64,000 bases of DNA, taken from positions 4,590,001 to 4,654,000 of the forward strand of contig NC_087246.1 in NCBI RefSeq assembly GCF_037042905.1. The letters are read 5' to 3'. The DNA comes from Lytechinus pictus (Eukaryota). The notes beneath the pieces are model-generated. The model ran no database searches. It saw nothing but the letters and a program-made list of their open reading frames with translations, and had not been told where the DNA came from. Of the stretch, positions 15,534 through 30,000 are shown piece by piece (within the stretch, counting starts at the first letter, position 1; each line of letters starts with the position of its first letter). The position numbers and the translations under genes were made by a program.

Positions 15534-18500
15534 AGTACATGTAGCAGTTGTAGTAGTAGTAGTAGTAGTCAGTAGTAGTAGTAGTAGTAGTTAGTAGTAG
15601 TAATAATACTAATAATGATTATAACAATAATACTGATGTAACATCAACATTACCATGCACTGTATAAACACTGTCTAAATTTTTACTTTAAAATGCCTTA
15701 AGCCTGCATTCTAACACTATTGATTAAAGTTTGAAACAAGATTAAACTTTATAATTTAAAAAGTTTAAATAATTTGTCGCCTTCCCCCACAAGGGCCGTT
15801 ACCGCGGACTGCACATCGCCTTCCCGCACAAAGGCTGTTCGCGCACTGTTCTTTGTTAGAGGGAAGGCTTAAACAACGTATTTATAAGCAGCAATACTTT
15901 TGAGTGTTCATGATGTAGTTGAAGCATGTAGAACTTTTCAATTTAAAAATGCATTTATTTCATTAAATAGAACAAAATCTAATTAATGAAAATGCATGGC
16001 GACCCAAGTGTTTATCATTAATGTGCTTAATGGTTCTGGTAACTAGTGTAATATGGAATTCTGAGTTTCCTACCAGGCGAGGCATGAGGTGTCGGGTGTT
16101 TTCCGTGCAAATAATAGTGTCCAATGCCAACATGTTGCTTAGCTTTGTTGGTCATTTTCACTTTGATCATTTTTCAGCTTAAATTTCATGATTTAACAGG
16201 CCAAATCTATAGTACATGACTGTTGTAACCTTGATGGCATTGTTGTGTATGTCTGTGCTTGTTCTTAAAAACAGCTACAGCATCACAACAGCAACAGAAA
16301 AAATGACAAATGATTGGAAATCAGATGATGAATAAGAAAGTATTATTCTTTTGTAGAAATTTTGCGTGTGGGGATGATAATAATGATCAAATATGATAAT
16401 GATGATAATAATAATGGTTACAATATAAGTAATGAATTCAGTAAAAACGATTAGTAATGATGAGCCTAATTTTGTTGGATTGCGAGTGATCAGGAAAAGA
16501 CTCATTGTAAAAGATTATATACCTGTATTGAGATCAAGATTCAGAGATACCTGTAGGTAATGAATATGAGCATGGTAAATTATAACAACCTGCCCCCACC
16601 CCCGGACATAAGTAGGGGAAGGTGGGGTAAGTTGAGCCTAATGGTAAGTTGAGCCGCCACCCCCAGGTCGATAATAAATAAGTCAGACATTGTGGTGCAC
16701 TGGTGGTGCCATATTGATGACCCATTGCATAACCCCTAACCCCACCACATGATTTTCAACATTGAAAAAATATATATATTTTTCAGAGGGAAAAATACAA
16801 ATTAATTTAAAAAAGTAAAAAGAGGTGTGAAATAGATAAGCGCTTTTTACTCACATCTTTGAATATAATAAGGGCATAAGAACAATATTGTTAGTCCAGA
16901 TATGGATCCTCATTCTTGTCATAGTCACTCACTTATGGCTGCATAAGAAATGTGTGGATGTGAAAATATCACATTAAGTTTGGACTGGGGTAGGTTGAGC
17001 AAGCCAACATGGGGCAAAGTTGAGCCATGGTAATTGATATGTTAATGTATATAAAAAAAAAACATCAAAAAGTCATTGATATGCAGGCAGAAAAGACCAA
17101 CTTCATAAGACAGTTGTTTTACTTTTAGAGGATGTTAGTATTTATCGAGAATAAGCAAGTGAAAAGAAAACAAAATTGTCATGCTGGTTTTTGTCCCATA
17201 CCTTTTGTACAGTTTTTGTGGCTCAACTTACCCCATGGGTGAGACAAGTTGAGCCATTTGACTTTTTTAAGGTGACTGTGACTTTCAGTGTATTAGGGGT
17301 AGAAATATAGGTAAAAAATGTTCCCAAGAATTAAATTTTGAGGCAAGGTACTTATTTCTACAAGATTATTAATCATATCAGTTCTAACATGAAAAAAAAA
17401 CAAAAATGGCTCATCTTACCCTGCCTTCCCCTTATGCCTACTATTGTCATTTTTAAAAATTCCATTGTATTATCCAGTCTTCGTATTTTCTTTCTATTTT
17501 ACAGTTGGTGACCCCTAAATTGGAGTATACTACTCAATACAAAGATGTTCTTTTTGCAGAGCTTCCCATCTGGTATAAATCTTTCATCTATGTAGAGATA
17601 TTCATCCAGTTTCCATTCTTCTTTGTAGCCGCTTATGCATTCTACAAAGGTAATATATATACATGTAAAGCAGAGACTGGATTTTTTATTTTATATTTTG
17701 GTGGATTAAGGTGTGAAGGGGGGTCTCTTGTACCAGCTTCTTCTTCAGGCTATTGTATCATGACATGGTAGTAGGCCTATTTTGTTATTATATCATAAAA
17801 TAAATGAATTTGACCAGATCAACTAGTGGGTTCATCAACATTATTTGGATTTTCAAAATGTATACAAAGATTAATACTAGAAAGAGAACATGAATTGTAG
17901 ATGGTTTCATATTGATCATACCATGGACCTACCCCGGGGAGGGGGGACGGGGGGCTAGTCAAATATATTGCTGTACACACTCATGACCAAAAAAACGCGT
18001 TTAAAGGCGTGTTTTTTCAGTTTTGGACGCGGGCTGCGCTTGCACTCAAAAACACTGATTTTTTTTTTTTAAGGGGTAGTTTTGAAAGACTGGTCAATGG
18101 TCAATCGCAGGGTCAAACGTATGTAGGGTTTTTTTTTTTCAAAGCTTTTTTTTAAGACTAGCCAAACGTGTTTAGGGTATGTTTTTTCCCCCAAGCTTTT
18201 TCCCCGGGGTCATATTCTGGCGACAACTTGTTTAGGGGCCAAAATGTGTAAATAAAGCCCGCAAAAAACTTGTTTAGGGGGTTATTTTGCACACAGAGAA
18301 AAACTCGTTTAGGGGGTGTTTGGAAATAATTTGGCCACGTGTGTGTACAGCAATACATTTGACTGGCCCCCGCGGGATTTACTACTCTGGGTAGTAGGTC
18401 CATGATCATACATTCCAGGTTGCCTAGGCTTATTCTGTATTTCATTTTATTCAAGCAGGTCAGCCCAGTCAATTATCAAGGCATTGTTATCCAGCAAGTA

Positions 18501-18849
18501 GTTAAAATAGATATACTTAAAAAATAACACTTCCTGAAAACTCAAAGTATCTAATTCCTCACTATTTTTTTTCTTTTAAAACAATCTAGGCAACTGCAAG
18601 TGGATCCGGATCCCTGCCATTGTATATGGTGCTCATACAGCAACCACAGTAATACCAATTGTAGCTGAGATCTTTTTCAATGATTTTGCCAATACCACCA
18701 CCCCCGCCCCAAGTACCTTCCAGGAAAGGGCAACCCTTGTTGGGATTTATGCCCCATTCCTTGTTGTTCCATTCATCTTGTTATTCACCATGCTCTTCAA
18801 CACAGATTACATTGATGGAGGAAGAGATAGAAAACAAAAGGTTAATTAA
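14775..18849 (+). CDS. TMEM97: Sigma-2 receptor / transmembrane protein 97 (EXPERA domain); exons 14775-14891, 17505-17649, 18590-18849
   Basis: Spliced translation MAFTRFLELLFFVYFAVHIPVSILFDSQAIFPRQWYPDF|LVTPK...WYKSFIYVEIFIQFPFF...YKG|NCKWIRIPAIVYGAHTATT...YAPFLVVPFILLFTMLF...KQKVN*. Canonical GT-AG sites keep the frame; C-terminal KxKxx ER-retrieval motif. Confidence 0.95.
15070..15635. repeat. (TAG)n/(CAG)n microsatellite in TMEM97 intron 1
   Basis: Directly visible. Confidence 0.95.
16615..17431. mobile_element. Tc1/mariner (pogo-like) MITE
   Basis: Imperfect TIR GGGGAAGGYRGGGTAAGWTGAGCC at both ends, TA on the left flank and TTA on the right, internal AAGTTGAGCC repeats. Confidence 0.65.
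17933..18376. mobile_element. CCCG(G)n-terminated MITE (CMC/EnSpm-like)
   Basis: Inverted ends CCCGGGG...AGTCAAATATATTGCTGTACACAC and GTGTGTACAGCAATACATTTGACTGGCCCCCGCGGG; internal TTTAGGGG repeats. Confidence 0.65.
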
Positions 18850-19812
18850 GCAAGGTTTAGTGTCTTAATAGGAGAAGGAAAATAACAATAACATTCCATA
18901 AGTTCACAAACTGATGGATTTTGAGGAAAAAGTTCCTCTGATTGTTCTTATCAGTGCTTTTATAAGAGCAGTAATGATGTTGGCATATTCTACAAAAAAA
19001 GAAAAAAGGGGAAAAAAAAAATTTGACAAGTAGATAGGTATTAAGTTTGAACAATCGGAAAGTTATGAATTTTTTAACTTGTAAAAATTGGTCACCATTA
19101 TACCCATGGAGACTACAAACTGACCGTAGTGATAATGTCAGTGATGTGAGGCAAGTATTACTTTCATTTACTCCAAGACAAATAATGGCTAAAAAAAAAA
19201 ATTCTTCAAAAATTTTACTTCAAATTATCTTATCTTTCATTAGGATATAAAACGATAAGCTACCTTTGTTATATTTTGATTTCTGCCTCGGGTGAATAGG
19301 TATAGTAATTGGGAGGAAACAACAAATCCCTGACAATTAAGCACATGGCCTATTGGAACGTTGCCCCTGCCACTTGTCATAATATGAGATTTACATAGTC
19401 TTAATAGGGATTTCAATTTCATAACGGCCGTAACTTTCTTATTGCTTGTCTGATTTCTTTCAAACTTTCACCATTCCGTTTTACTTATTTTCTCCTCTCT
19501 CATATTATTACATATGTGAGTTCCACCTTTAACTGAATATTAATTGAGAGACCAATTATTCTGAATGTAGGCGAAGTTCTCATTAATTCAAGCATCACCT
19601 GAATAAACTCTAAATTTCCTGTAATTTCCATTGATTTGAGTAGAATGTTCTTGACGAAGCATTGCATTATTGGTTAAATATTGATCAAATGAACTACACA
19701 AATACAATTTATTGAAATGTATATGTATGATGTGTTATCACTACTTTATTTTTCATTTTTGTGAAATGAATAGATGGACTCTTTCTTCCTGCCTTGTCAA
19801 ATAGTGACTATA

Positions 19813-20102
19813 TAATAATAATATGTCCATTTATATAGCGCAGTTACTATGTGCATATACTCAACTGCGCTTTGATACTTGGTATCATATTATTACCCCG
19901 GCCGTAGCTGAGCCGCCATATTAATAGGCGCTCAAGCGTTCAAGGAATAAATCCTACTGGGTACCCATTCACCTCACCTGGGTTGAGTGCAGCACAATGT
20001 GGATAAATTTCTTGCCGAAGGAAATTACGCCATGGCTGGGATTCGAACCCACGACCCTCTGTTTCAAAGTCCGGAGACTAATCCACTGGGCCACAATGCT
20101 CC
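19813..20102 (-). mobile_element. tRNA-derived SINE with L2-type 3' tail
   Basis: Minus strand shows A box TGGCCCAGTGG, B box GGTTCGAATCC, a central CCCAGGTG...AATGGGTAC domain and the tail AAAGCGC...GCGCTATATAAAT...(TTA)n. Confidence 0.85.
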
Positions 20103-23100
20103 AGGTATACATATCTATATGTATGTATACATATATATATAACCTTTTCCCATTTTTTATTTTGAAATGCAACTAAATTTGCATAGGAGTCATGTAATTC
20201 GTTAAAACTATCATTTGAAAAAGAAAGCTCATTTAGTTAGATTTTTGTGTAGATATCATAAAGTAGTTTTTTGTGTGTTTTGTTTTTGATCTTGTGCAAC
20301 AACATTGTGGTTTAAACAGAATTGTACATTGAAATTAAAATATTACATGTACTTGCTTCTAGGATCTTGTGGATTAAGGGTCTCTCAATTGGTACAATTG
20401 TAGAAGCACTTGTTCCTTCCGTAATTTTATGAATTGTTTTTTATGATTTGAAGTTGTATACTACAAATGCTGCTTAGAAAAAATGATTAGTTTTCATTTG
20501 AAGGTATAAAATCAGGATAACAAGGTATTCATGTGAAAGTTTTAATTTTTTATGGTATAAGCACAGTGAGAGGGAAAAAAGCCATTATTAGGAATTATAC
20601 TGGGAATATTGCCATATTGCATATTATCGTAACTTACATATAGAATCAGGGATTTGATATTTCAGGGATATTTTCGTTTATAAGTATTCCCTTTTTTTAG
20701 AAATATTCCTTCAACAGGACTTTCGCTTTATTTTGAGAAAATTACAAGATAATAATTTTAAATGTTTCCTCCATGTATACATGTATTTGTGGATGCAGTT
20801 TCAAAGTATTCATTTCTCTTCAAAATGGATGATGCAATATTACTTCATGATTTCTCAACTTAACTAGTACGTTGTATATCAATGTGAGTTGTATGAAGAC
20901 AGTCCAACTATTTAGATTACTACAATTCTAATTAATTTTCATCATCACCACCACCACCACCATCATCACCATCACCAAATCATAATCATCATCACCATAT
21001 ATCATTAACATCATCAGTCATCGTCATCAGTTCCTAATTATCATCGTCATCATTCATCACTATTGGATTATTCCCACCGGTATTTGTGTAATTTTTTTAT
21101 ACCATAAATACATGTACTTCTATCGATTTTGAAAATCATATCTGATAATCAGATTTCATCTCAGTGTTTATGCTTGTGCACATTTTCTCTTATTAAATCA
21201 GAAAAAAATTCATTATTTAGTCCAAGCTTTTATGATTTAATGATTTCATTCATACTGGATTGACTGTGTATTATGACTGTGAGTATTGAGATAGAATGGG
21301 AGGACAAGACCTGATAGTTTCATGATAAAGCTGTTCTGAATGTCAGACATTTAATATCTCCAAGCCAAAATGAATTGAAATTTAAATTTGCAATTTGAGG
21401 GCAACTAAAGAAAAGACCAATTTACTGAAACATGAATAGCATAAATCATTTTATTTACAATAATAGATATTTACAATATATATGTACATTAAAAGCGATA
21501 GTGATTTTCCATTTTACTGGTGAATCAAAGTGAAAAATCTGTTGTTTTTTTTTCATGCAAAAATTCATTGAATTTCCCTTTGCAAAACAGTTGCTGGGTT
21601 TATTTTGTAGGACAAAATGGAATTTCCATTTCAGATCAAGTTTGAAATGGAATTACAGATTTTCAGAACATGAAAGACAAATTTATGAAATTTATAGAAA
21701 ATCATTGTCCATACATTCATCAGGCAGGATAAAACAAGCAAAGCTGTTAAATAAGACACCTGCATTTTAGATTTGGATGGACTTGAGACTAGGGTTCATG
21801 GATACTTCATAATTTGAATAATATATGAGTGTCAATATATTATGTATTGCATGAGAATTTAATTAATCAAATGAGTTTTCATTTTGATAATCAAAAATAA
21901 AATTGTGATTTACTGGTGATTCCCTGATAATCTTGCAGGAATCTACTAAATTCTGATTACACAAGTAACATACTTTACTAGCCTAGCTTGTGTATAACAC
22001 AATATGCCTAAGCTAACTGTGACATCAAACGCAGTACTTTCTATATTAGTTCGTAAGTACAATCTGTGAATTAAAACAAAATATAAAACTTGCCGACATG
22101 AAACTCCAAGAAGGTTGCCTTACATAGCAACATTCAGTTTGTGCAAGGCAGATTCCAAACACAGAACCTTGTTAATTCTAAAAAGTGAGTGAAAAGAATA
22201 GCTTGTCTCAAGGTGCTTGTAGCTAGAAATTGCATCTAAAATTGGAATGCCCTACAGAATCAGTCTACTGTTGGTACATTCCTGCAAGGTATTCAATTTT
22301 CAAAAGCGGATAATGAGCAATTAATGAAGTAACTCTTATTTCTTTGCGAGTCCCTGATCAATAAAGTGCACACTTCTCTACATTTTGAAATATTTGCAGA
22401 TATTAAAGGTCATTTGGGATATGGGCTACCTATGAACTGATCTTTTGTGAGGTAACAAAGAAAGAATACACAAGACAATTATTAAGCACAAGTGTGAAAC
22501 CTTGGAACTTGCTTATCTTGCACAATGGCACACAAATACATAATCTTTACAACATTTCTACAAACATCTGGCACCTTTTAGCAAGAATCCCGCTAAAACT
22601 CTTTTAGAGACCTCCGCATTCCCCATTATTTTGTCTCTGCTGAATGGAGAAGATGAGTAAGGAAAAAATTCTTGTAGGCTTTTTGCTGAAAGATCCTCTT
22701 TACTTTTAAGGTGCCTCATTGATCAATGATCTTATGGGAAGGGCAACTATTCTATCCAATAAAATTTTTATGAAGAAATTTCCATAGGCATGTAGAAATT
22801 GAAATAAAAAATGTCTTGCTTTCTAAAAATGACTGCAATTGACCTCTAGATATATCATTGAAAGCTATTCAAACTTTACAGAGGATTAGGACATACCTCA
22901 ATATTTGTTGGATTATAAGAAAGCAGGTCAGGTAGTCCAAAGAGCAGAGCTTTATTAAACAAAATCAAGGTAACATATCCAGAGTGTGGGAGGAAGGAGG
23001 AATTAATATTCATGTACTGAATAGAAAACCCAGGATTACAATTTAACTCTTTGAATTATTCAAATAGTTCACCTTCAATCAGAAATACAAAAAAGAGGAC

Positions 23101-24026
23101 ACCTTTTCCACTATATGTATATTCAGCCTACAGTGAAATGGAATCTATATATGTTAACAATCATGGCAAAAGCTGATATTCTGAAGAGATGATTTATGGG
23201 CCAAAAGTGATAGGCAGTAAAATAATTTTTTTCATGTAATTTCAAATTTTTTTTTAAATACGTCACTACACTGGGTAATGCAAATTTTACTGGTTATTAA
23301 GAAAGTAGAATTCAATATTTGAAATATTTAAATAGCTTTTTCAGAACTATTCCTATAGCAAAATAGGTATTCATTCTTAGGTCTACTGAATCCTGTCAAC
23401 TTGAATGTAAGACAAACGCTTCACTGTTTGGATTGTTTTCTTGTGTAACCCTGTAAAGGTAATGGCATCCTTAGGCCTGACTTAACCAGCTTACATGTAT
23501 GCTTGTATCAAAGTAACCCTATGGTTTATACCAACTCTGTCTACAAGTAGATGGCTAATTCTCAGATTGTCTAACATCACTATGGTTGAACCCACTCTAT
23601 ATGGTCTAATTACCATTCGTTCCATCCATCGCTTGGTCTAAGTATCATTCAGTCTAGTGCTCATATGGTATAATTTCCACTTTGTTAGTTTGCACCTTGT
23701 CAAAAAGTAACAGTTGGTACATAATCAATTATACTAAGTGGTGGTAAACCAAGCAGATATTAAAAGAAACAAATTATTAAACATGAAATTAGACAAAATT
23801 GTAAATGGGCTAGATAGCAATTAGACCAAATAGCTGAAGGTTGAAGGTGTACTAAGATTAGACCATGAGGGATGAGACAAAATGGAAATTAGACTGAGTA
23901 GCAATTAACCAAGTATTAAACAAGCTTAACTTTTTATCAAACCCTACTTCTACATTCACCTGTCTTAAAGGATACTAGTATAGGACAAATAGTATTTTCC
24001 ATGATCAATGACCTCGTCTGAAAACA

Positions 24027-27000
24027 CTACTTATTTAGAATAAATTGTTCTATGAATTCACTCTGTTCTGCTTCTTCCTTCTGGAGTGCAGCATATTGGA
24101 TGCGATACCTACACACAAAGCAACAAAAACAATATCTGATTAATTTCAATAACAGAGGAGATGTTTGACAAAAAGAATTATACCAAGACAAATTTTTTTA
24201 TTCTTTTTAGTCATGTTCTTATTTTTTGGTTAGTGTTCCAAATTCTAATGAGTAGCCAAACAATATTTACATTTTTGGAGCAGAAAAGGAATTACATTTA
24301 ATGAGAAAAAGTTTGTGACATCACCTTCCTATTTATTTTGACATCTAGTCTCATTCACTTCTTAAAACAATTAATGTGAACCTTTGAACTTAATATGAAT
24401 ATAAACTTAACATTTTCCATCTAGTTTTGATGCAATATCATGGTTTTAATAGGATTTTCTTTGTTACAGTTCATATTTTTGTCATCTTTTTTCTTTCTTA
24501 CTTTACACATTGAGCCCTCTGCAGGGTGTACATGTATTTACATCCACAATTAATCATATCTACTATCATAATATCTAGTTTAATCTTATATTAAAATCAA
24601 ATTGATGTCATGGTGGAGTACCCTTTACTTTACCTCTCTAGCTGTGTCTTCTTCTCTGCAATCAATGCTTGGAGTTGTTGCTGTTGTGCTTCTCTCTGTT
24701 TTGATATAGATTTCAATAGGTTCCTAGATCCAATTGCCTAGAAGCAAATAACGAATTAAAATAGAAATTTAACAAAATTTAAATCAGAATTGAAATGTCT
24801 CTAATCAGTGCAACGAATACATTATCATTCCACTGTAAGTAGTTGGATAATTGGAAATTTAATGAGAAAGAAATTCAATCATTTCTCTTATGAAAAATGA
24901 AAACCTAGAGTTTTATTAAGCACCTTTTATTAAGCATTCAATAAAAAAACATGAAATCTATAGTGGCAGTCTCGCTTGCATTACGCAATTCGATATAGCA
25001 GCAGTGCTGCCTTTGAAAACAGCTAATGAATAATTATTCACAGAAGAAAACACTATTATGACAATAAAATATATCCATTGACCCAAAATGACCTTTGACC
25101 ATGATCATGTGACCTAAGACATGTGCAAAACAATTATTCATACTTGATTACCCTTATGTCAATGTTTCATGAGCTAGATACATACATTTTCTAAGTTATG
25201 ATGCCAATTCAACACATACTCCCAACATGGCCAGAGTTCATTGACCTTTAAATGACCTTTGATCTTGACCATGTTCCTGAAATATGCACAGGGTATTCAG
25301 GGATACATTGCTGCTCTTATGTCCAAGTTTCATGAACTAGATCCATGAATACTAAATAGGTTCATTATTGCAGAATGAAATAATCGCTAGAGGGTATTTA
25401 TTTGTCTCGCAATCTACTATGGTCAACAAGGAAATTCGTGATCACTCTCGCAAAAAGTGTTCACTAGCTTTCTAGGAAATTTGTGATCACTCTCGCAAAA
25501 TGTGTTCACTAGCTTACAAGTTCACGAGCTTTCGAGTGCCGCTGCAACTCTTTATCAAGTGACGAAAATTATCTGATACGGTAGTCAATTTATACCAATC
25601 CCCAGGACCGTACGCACGAACGTGGGAACAATAGGTGGGCACTGATCCGTTATGTGATTGGTCGGGCGTATATGCAAATAAGCCGGAGGTATATGCAAAT
25701 ACACCGCGAGTCGGCAATATGCAAATAAGACAAAATTGGCGGGCTCGCTAGTTTCCCGTGGGTGGGGGTTGACTAGCTGAGCGGTCCCTCGCTCGGTCGG
25801 GTCGGTGTGCACTGCCAGGTAAGGGGGTATTGTGCTGTCGGATGGTTCGCATCCAGAAATTGGGGATGTCGATCCCGCTGTCTCTGTTGAAGTTGTTAGG
25901 ACAAAGACGTATACTAATAGCCTCCTTAATCCTGCGTGTATACCAATGTCTTTCTGTGGCAACGCAATGTACACCCTTCCAATCTGGGTGGTGTTGCTTC
26001 TCCCAAGCATGTTCTGCCACCGCGGATGTGTCGGTTCGCTGTAACCGAACATCGCGCTTGTGTTCAGAAATGCGTTCAATTATCGGTTGGGCTGTTTCAC
26101 CGATGTAAGACCCGTCACATCCCTGGCAAGGAATGTTGTATACTACGCCATCACATAACGGATCAGTGCCCACCTATTGTTCCCGCGTTCGTGCGTACGG
26201 TCCTGGGGATTGGTATGAATTGACTACCGTATCAGATAATTTTCGTCACTTGATAAAGAGTTGCAGCGGCACTCGAAAGCTCGTGAACTTGTAAGCTAGT
26301 GAACACTTTTTGCGAGAGTGATCACGAATTTCCTAGAAAGCTAGTGAACACTTTTTGCGAGAGTGATCACGAATTTCCTTGTTGACCATAGTAGATTGCG
26401 AGACAAATGAATACCCTCTAGCGATTAGATCCATGAACTTTTAAAGTTACATGTATGATGACAATTCCACAAATACCCCCAACATTACCAAAGTTTGTTG
26501 ACTCTAAATGGCCTTCAACCTTGGTCATGTGACCTGAAACTCGCTCATGATATTTAGGGATACATGGTTGCTCTTATGTCCTAGTTTCATGAACTAGATC
26601 CATAAACTTTTAAAGTTATGATGACGATTCCTCAAATAACCCCAACATGGCCAAACTTTGACCGTAAGTGACCTTTGACCTTAATCATGTGACCTGAAAC
26701 TCAGGCAGGATCTTCAGTGATACACTAATACCCTTATGTTTAAGTTTTCTGAACTAGGTCCATATTCTTTCTAAGTTATGATGACATTTTCAAAAACTTG
26801 ACCTTGGTTAAGATTTCGATATTAAGTTCATTGACCCTAAATGACCTTTGACCTTAGTCATGTGACCTGAAACTCAGGCAGGATGTTCAGTAATACTTGA
26901 TTGCCCTTATGTCCAAGCTTTATGAACTAGGTCCATATACTTTCTAAGTTATGATGACATTTCAAAAACTTTACCTTGATTAAGATTTCAACATTGACAA

Positions 27001-30000
27001 TGTCGCCGCAGTCAGAAGAGCGGCGCTTGTAGTCTCGCTCTGCTATGCAGGCGAGACAAAAATAAAAGAAATCTTGCAAGTCGTACCATCTGTACTTTCC
27101 CAGATACCCCATAAGGTGCTTGAGCATTCAAGGAATTTCTTCCAACTGCGTAACCATGTGCTACACATGGGTGTAAAGTGGCAAATGTAAATAAATGCCT
27201 TGGTGAAGGACACAAGTATTGTGGTGGCACTTGAACCCTAGACCTTGTGGTTCAAAGTTCAGAGACATATCCACAGAACCACAACACTGCATTATCATCA
27301 TTCTATTTGTCTTAGGTATATATATATTTTTTTCTTTAAAAATTTGCCTGTCTTCAAGGTTCCACAATATATTTTGTTTCTAAATTAGTATAAAAATAGG
27401 GTTGGCATGGTTATAAACGAGAATAACTTCTTTTTTTAATATGTGTCAGACGTCTTAGGATGCACTTTAAAGTCACCATACTTGTATTTTCAAATTGTTA
27501 GTCTATTAATTACCTTCATCTTCTCTTTCTCAACTTCTTTTGCAAGTTGATCCACTTTGTCAATGAATCCTCCTACAATATGCTGAAAGTCTCCAATTTC
27601 TGTAAGATTAAAAAGGAAAAAAAACCCAAAGTACACATGATTAACGCAATATCTTTGTTATTAATAAATTTACCATATAACCTGCTCTTTGTGAGCATAT
27701 ATTAAAAAAAAAATCAAATTTAGGATGAGATATATGTGAATAACTTAATTGTAACCCTGAAGCCAACACAAAATTGGCATGAAATGCTTTAGATATACAA
27801 CACTTTGAGGCATTAGAGTTTAAACTGCCCCCCCCCAAAAAAAAAAAATATATAGTTGATTTGAATAAGAGAAAAATAAAACAAGCATAACACATTAAAA
27901 AAAAAGTCATATCACTTATCACATCATCACTTTAGGGTCATTGACATGTGACTTATATGTAGTTCATTATGACCTCATTGAGCGTAATTGTGATCTATGC
28001 TGTGCATCGCATTACTTTCATTGTTGTACGCGTTGTATATTTTACGCATTCGCGCATGCGCACTAGACTGTTGATGGTCTTATACTCAATGGCAAATTTT
28101 GTACACGAGCCTATGGGATATTCATCGGATTTTGGTCACTGTTAGAGATACGCTCTGATACTGCACAGGCAATTGATGCAGACCAAAATAAGCGTTTATA
28201 ATGTATGGCTAAAATGCTCTATTTAGATAATAATCTCTATTATGAAACATTCTAATTTTCTCATCACTGTCATGTAAAACAAAGTTTTATTCCTCCCTGA
28301 ACATGTGGAATTACCATTGGTTTAACACTTTATGGTTCAGTCAAGTTGGACATTAATGTCAAATCTGTAAAAATACAAATATTGTACAATTCAAACAATT
28401 GAAAACAAAATAGTGAAAGAGGGACACTGTTGACTGTCTGAGGTTACATTTTAGTTGTAAATAATTACTATCATACAATATGACAATAATGAAATACATG
28501 TATTTTCCCTTTTCGTTCTTTCTTTCGTTTTTATTTTTGCTTCTTGGTTTCCCTTTTCTATCTTTCTTTCTTTATTTCTTTTTTTTTCCTTCTTTCTTTT
28601 TCATTCATTTTTTTTACCTTTTTCCTTTTTTCTATTCTTTCTCTCTCTTTCTTTCATTCTTTGGTCATCATTTTTGGTATTCCTTTCTTCTTTCTTTTTT
28701 TCTGTCTTCATTTTCTTCCTTCCCTTGATCTTTTTAATTTTTTTCTTTGTTTTCTTTCTGTTATTCATTTCTTCCATTTTTTTTTTTCCTTTTGGGGGTC
28801 TTTCTTTTTTTTCTGTTCATTTGTTTGCTCTTTCCTTCTTTCATTTTATTTTTGCTTTCTGAACCTTTTATGTCTTCTTTTTTACTTTTTCGTCCTTTCT
28901 TTTTATTCTCTCTTTCTTTCTTTCTTTATTTATTTTGCTTGTTCTATAGTTAGTACTTACTCTCTTTCTCTATTTTCTTTCTTTATTTTGTGCATGTGCC
29001 AAGAAAAGTCAGTCATTGCGTCTAAAATGCCTGTTTCGTGAAATGCGCGCCCAGGATCTGACATTCTCTTGACTTGAATAAACTGCCAGTGAATTTTGAT
29101 TGGTAGAATCTAATTAGCATGACTAACATTCGACAGCCGTCTGCTTCAAGAAGTTTTTAAACATTTTTAATTTTTTTTATTTCTCCTCATACACAGATGG
29201 CTCACGAACGTGCACCCGCCATTAGGGAATTTGCAATGCAAAACCCCAACTGACAGGGATCTTTGTATTCTTTGATTTTTCACTTTATTCTAAATTGAAT
29301 AATTACATAAAAAGAACTAGCCTAGTTCCACTTCCCGGTAAAGTTAATTAGGCCCTATTCCGTTTTAGCCTCTAGGCCTAGTCTAAACTTAGTCAAAGAA
29401 ATAAGCTTAATTTAAACAAGGGGGAAAAAAGCAGTGGCTTACTTCGATTTCGGCTGTCTACCCCTGACATGCATGAATGAGCTCTAAATTGACTAAAATA
29501 GTAAAATAAGTAACGTTAAAACTTAAAGGTTTGGCTATATACCGCGCACACACGCAGCAGGTGCAGGCGCCCGGTCCCGGAGCGCCGCGGCGGCGCCGGA
29601 GCAGGGGCAGGCACCACAGAGCTAAGTCACCAGTAGAGGCGCTGGTCCAAAAATTGGGATTGTCCCAGAAAACAAGGATATCCTTATAAACCAAGACAAA
29701 TTATGTCTTGATAAATTGAGACTGTCCTTGTTTATGGGGACGTTTTTTCTTCACTTCTCCCTACGGGACAAAGGCAGCAATTAGGGGAATTGAGAGTGCT
29801 AAAAATAGATTCAGTGACCTCAATTCCCCCCACTTCACCGTTTATTTATTATGACTTGCCGTCTTCCAATAATCTTGTTATGAAACCCGATATGTTTACA
29901 TTGACTAGCACTCTTGATTGGTGTCGGCACTCAACAGGTGAATGAACTTTCCTAGATTTCTTGTGTGGAGAAATCCTTATAAACTGAGACAGTCCCTGTA

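Larger units (their letters stand above)
25350..26425 (-). mobile_element. 5'-truncated Penelope-like retroelement: GIY-YIG endonuclease fragment (~25748-26150) flanked by inverted pseudo-LTRs
   Basis: [22 protein letters not shown]...RISEH...SAVAEHAW...KEAISI...NRDSG is a PLE-type GIY-YIG domain. ~275-bp inverted repeats at ~25381-25658 and ~26150-26426; 12-bp TSD TAGATCCATGAA at 25338-25349 and 26426-26437. Confidence 0.92.
24960..27063 (-). mobile_element. Helentron-type (HINE) repeat in IFT20 intron 2, interrupted by the Penelope-like element
   Basis: Same terminal modules (GCATTACGC...TATAGCAGCAGTGCTG; GTCTCGC...GCGAGACAAAA) and tandem units as 2176-3352. Confidence 0.7.

Noticed and set aside
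20030..20102. tRNA-like sequence with A and B boxes
   Set aside because: It is the head of a SINE that continues into a body and tail, not a tRNA gene.
28480..29041. Phe-rich membrane-protein-like ORFs
   Set aside because: Polypyrimidine low-complexity DNA in IFT20 intron 1.
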